A stretch of DNA of 54,489 nt from Clostridia bacterium (GTDB taxonomy: Bacteria; Bacillota; Clostridia; Christensenellales; UBA1242), in contig JAZSJW010000024.1 of assembly GCA_045534555.1 (NCBI GenBank), forward strand, positions 1 to 54,489, in the 5' to 3' direction. The notes below the pieces were generated by a model. It saw nothing but the letters and a program-made list of their open reading frames with translations. It searched no databases and was not told the origin of the DNA. Below are positions 52,942-54,489 of the stretch, one piece after another (the stretch's first letter is position 1; each line of letters starts with the position of its first letter). Position numbers and translations under genes: made by a program.

Positions 52942-53499
52942 ATGATTACTGCTGGAGATTTAAGAAAGGGTGTAACCTTTGAAATGGAAGGAAAAATTTA
53001 TATCGTTGTAGATTTTTTACATGTTAAACCAGGTAAAGGTGCGGCATTTGTTAGAACAAAGCTAAAGAACATTGTAACTGGTCAAGTTGTTGAAAAAACA
53101 TTTAACCCAGTTGAAAAGTTTGAAAAAGCACATATCGAAAGAAAAGAAATGGTTTATTTATACAATGATAGTGGTCTTTACTATTTTATGGATAATGAAA
53201 CATATGAACAAGTTCCATTAAATCATGAACAAGTAGAAGATGCTTTAAGCTTTATCGTAGAAAATATGAATTGTTCAATTCAATTCTATAAAGGTGAAGC
53301 TTTCAGTGTTGAGCCACCAACATTTGTTGAATTAAACATTGTTGAATGTGAGCCAGGAATTCAAGGTGATACTTCTAAAGCAAGCTATAAGCCTGCAACT
53401 CTTGAAACAGGTTTTGTAATTCAAGTTCCACTATTTGTTAATAATGGTGATAGAATTAGAATTGATACAAGAACTGGAACATATATGTCAAGAGCATAG
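52942..53499 (+). CDS. efp: Elongation factor P
   Basis: [30 protein letters not shown]; SD GGAGG before ATG 52942. Confidence 0.99.
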   Translation: MITAGDLRKGVTFEMEGKIYIVVDFLHVKPGKGAAFVRTKLKNIVTGQVVEKTFNPVEKFEKAHIERKEMVYLYNDSGLYYFMDNETYEQVPLNHEQVEDALSFIVENMNCSIQFYKGEAFSVEPPTFVELNIVECEPGIQGDTSKASYKPATLETGFVIQVPLFVNNGDRIRIDTRTGTYMSRA

Positions 53500-53515
53500 A
53501 AACTTGTATTTATAT

Positions 53516-53546
53516 AAAATATGTCAATTTTTGACATATTTTTTTT
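53516..53546 (+). terminator. Rho-independent terminator after efp
   Basis: AAAATATGTCAA-ttt-TTGACATATTTT plus a T-run. Confidence 0.8.
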
Positions 53547-53606
53547 ATGCAAAAAAACATATGGCAATTCATGTTTGAGTACTTATTTAATGTAGGGAAA
53601 TAAAGT

Positions 53607-54489
53607 ATGTTTAATAATCTTTTGCCAGAACAAATTTTAAAACACTTGATAAAATACAATTATAAAGACATTTATGAAATTAGATTAAGAAGAAATTGTC
53701 CTATAGTAATAAATTATTGTGGTAAAAACTTATTATTGACTAACAGCAATAATGAACGAATATTCGTGGATCGCACTGCTTTAGAATTTGTGTTAAAAAA
53801 AGCAACGGAAAACTCGCTATATGCATATAACAATCAAATAAAGCAAGGCTTTATTACAACTAGAGGTGGGATAAGAATTGGTATTGCTGGAGAAAGTGTA
53901 AATAGTGATAATTTCATGCCAAGTACAATAAAAAACATAAATTCTCTTGATATAAGAATTCCTCACGAAGTGATTAATTGTTCTTCACAAATTTTCAAAA
54001 TGCTGTATAGTAAAGATTTTGGGGTAAAGAACACTTTAATTATTGCTCCTCCAGGAGCGGGAAAAACCACTCTAATAAGAGATATTTCAAGACAAATTTC
54101 GTTAATAGATGATAAGATATATAACACTTTAATAGTTGATGAACGTTTCGAAATTGCTGCATGTGATAATGGGGAAACGTCACTAAATGTTGGTCAGTAT
54201 ACAGATATTGTATCAGGTTCAACAAAAATGTATGCCTTCACAAATGCTATAAGGTCATTAAAACCAGATATCATTGTAACAGATGAACTGATGGGGATAG
54301 ATGATGTTTTAGCTTGTAAAAGAGCGATAAACTCAGGAGTAAAAGTTATTGCTACAGTACATGCAAACAATCATAGAGAACTTTTAGAAAAGGAAGAATT
54401 TAAAGATTTATTTAAATTAAATATGTTCGAAAGATTTGTTGTCTTGTCAGAGAAATTGAAACCTGGACATATTGATGGTGTATTTGATG
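53607..54489 (+). CDS. spoIIIAA: Stage III sporulation protein AA (ATPase), runs off the window end
   Basis: Not in the ORF track because no stop is inside the window. My translation: MFNNLLP..YEIRLR..SLYAYNNQIKQGFIT..GIRIGIAG..APPGAGKTTLIRD..VDERFEIA..TDEL..ATVHA..FERFVVL. Confidence 0.93.
   Translation, partial: MFNNLLPEQILKHLIKYNYKDIYEIRLRRNCPIVINYCGKNLLLTNSNNERIFVDRTALEFVLKKATENSLYAYNNQIKQGFITTRGGIRIGIAGESVNSDNFMPSTIKNINSLDIRIPHEVINCSSQIFKMLYSKDFGVKNTLIIAPPGAGKTTLIRDISRQISLIDDKIYNTLIVDERFEIAACDNGETSLNVGQYTDIVSGSTKMYAFTNAIRSLKPDIIVTDELMGIDDVLACKRAINSGVKVIATVHANNHRELLEKEEFKDLFKLNMFERFVVLSEKLKPGHIDGVFD

Noticed and set aside
53548-53606. SigE promoter expected upstream of spoIIIAA
   Set aside because: I could not find a convincing -10 CATAcanT at the right spacing.
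3583-54225. Numerous short ORFs in the track that are antisense or out-of-frame within long genes (e.g. 3583-3798, 8283-8549, 21999-22331, 38916-39212, 45009-45356, 49823-50131, 54040-54225)
   Set aside because: They overlap well-supported genes, lack SD sequences and have shadow-ORF composition (F/S/L/I-rich, mirroring K/E codons).
1-54489. Alternative genetic code (TGA recoding) as seen in some reduced genomes
   Set aside because: TGA acts as a normal stop in comM, ylxR and truB (overlapping the next gene's start), and conserved Trp residues use TGG.

Overview
A visibly AT-rich chromosomal segment from a spore-forming Bacillota (Clostridia-like) bacterium. It uses the standard genetic code, and almost all genes lie on the + strand, consistent with the leading strand. 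Most of the window is core machinery: dnaG-rpoD, cysS, tRNA-Leu(CAA), comM-dprA-topA-trmFO-hslVU-hisS-trxA, iscS-iscU-like, ruvX, rpsB-tsf, frr-cdsA-rseP, rimP-nusA-infB-rbfA-truB, efp and a partial spoIIIAA. An accessory stretch at about 4-26 kb holds a ~2800-aa membrane-anchored InlB-B-repeat surface protein, a lipoprotein, a His-rich transporter, an SDR, an enoate-reductase-type flavoenzyme, two tandem paralogous orphan proteins, a DUF11 protein and an HD protein. The most striking observation is that the polC position encodes a 554-aa 'mini-PolC'. It keeps the N-terminal region, the OB fold and an intact DEDDh exonuclease, lacks the PHP and polymerase domains, and carries a QGDLF clamp-binding-like motif, so it may be a stand-alone replisome proofreader. 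Other oddities: metabolic genes (pyrH, uppS, dxr, ispG, ribF) are cleanly absent from their usual operon positions, the IscU homologue lacks most Fe-S ligands, the tRNA-Leu has TAC in place of TTC in the T-loop, and a zinc-ribbon gene is frameshifted at an A9 run. I saw no CRISPR array, rRNA, integrase or transposase. All calls come from reading motifs by eye; no database search was run.
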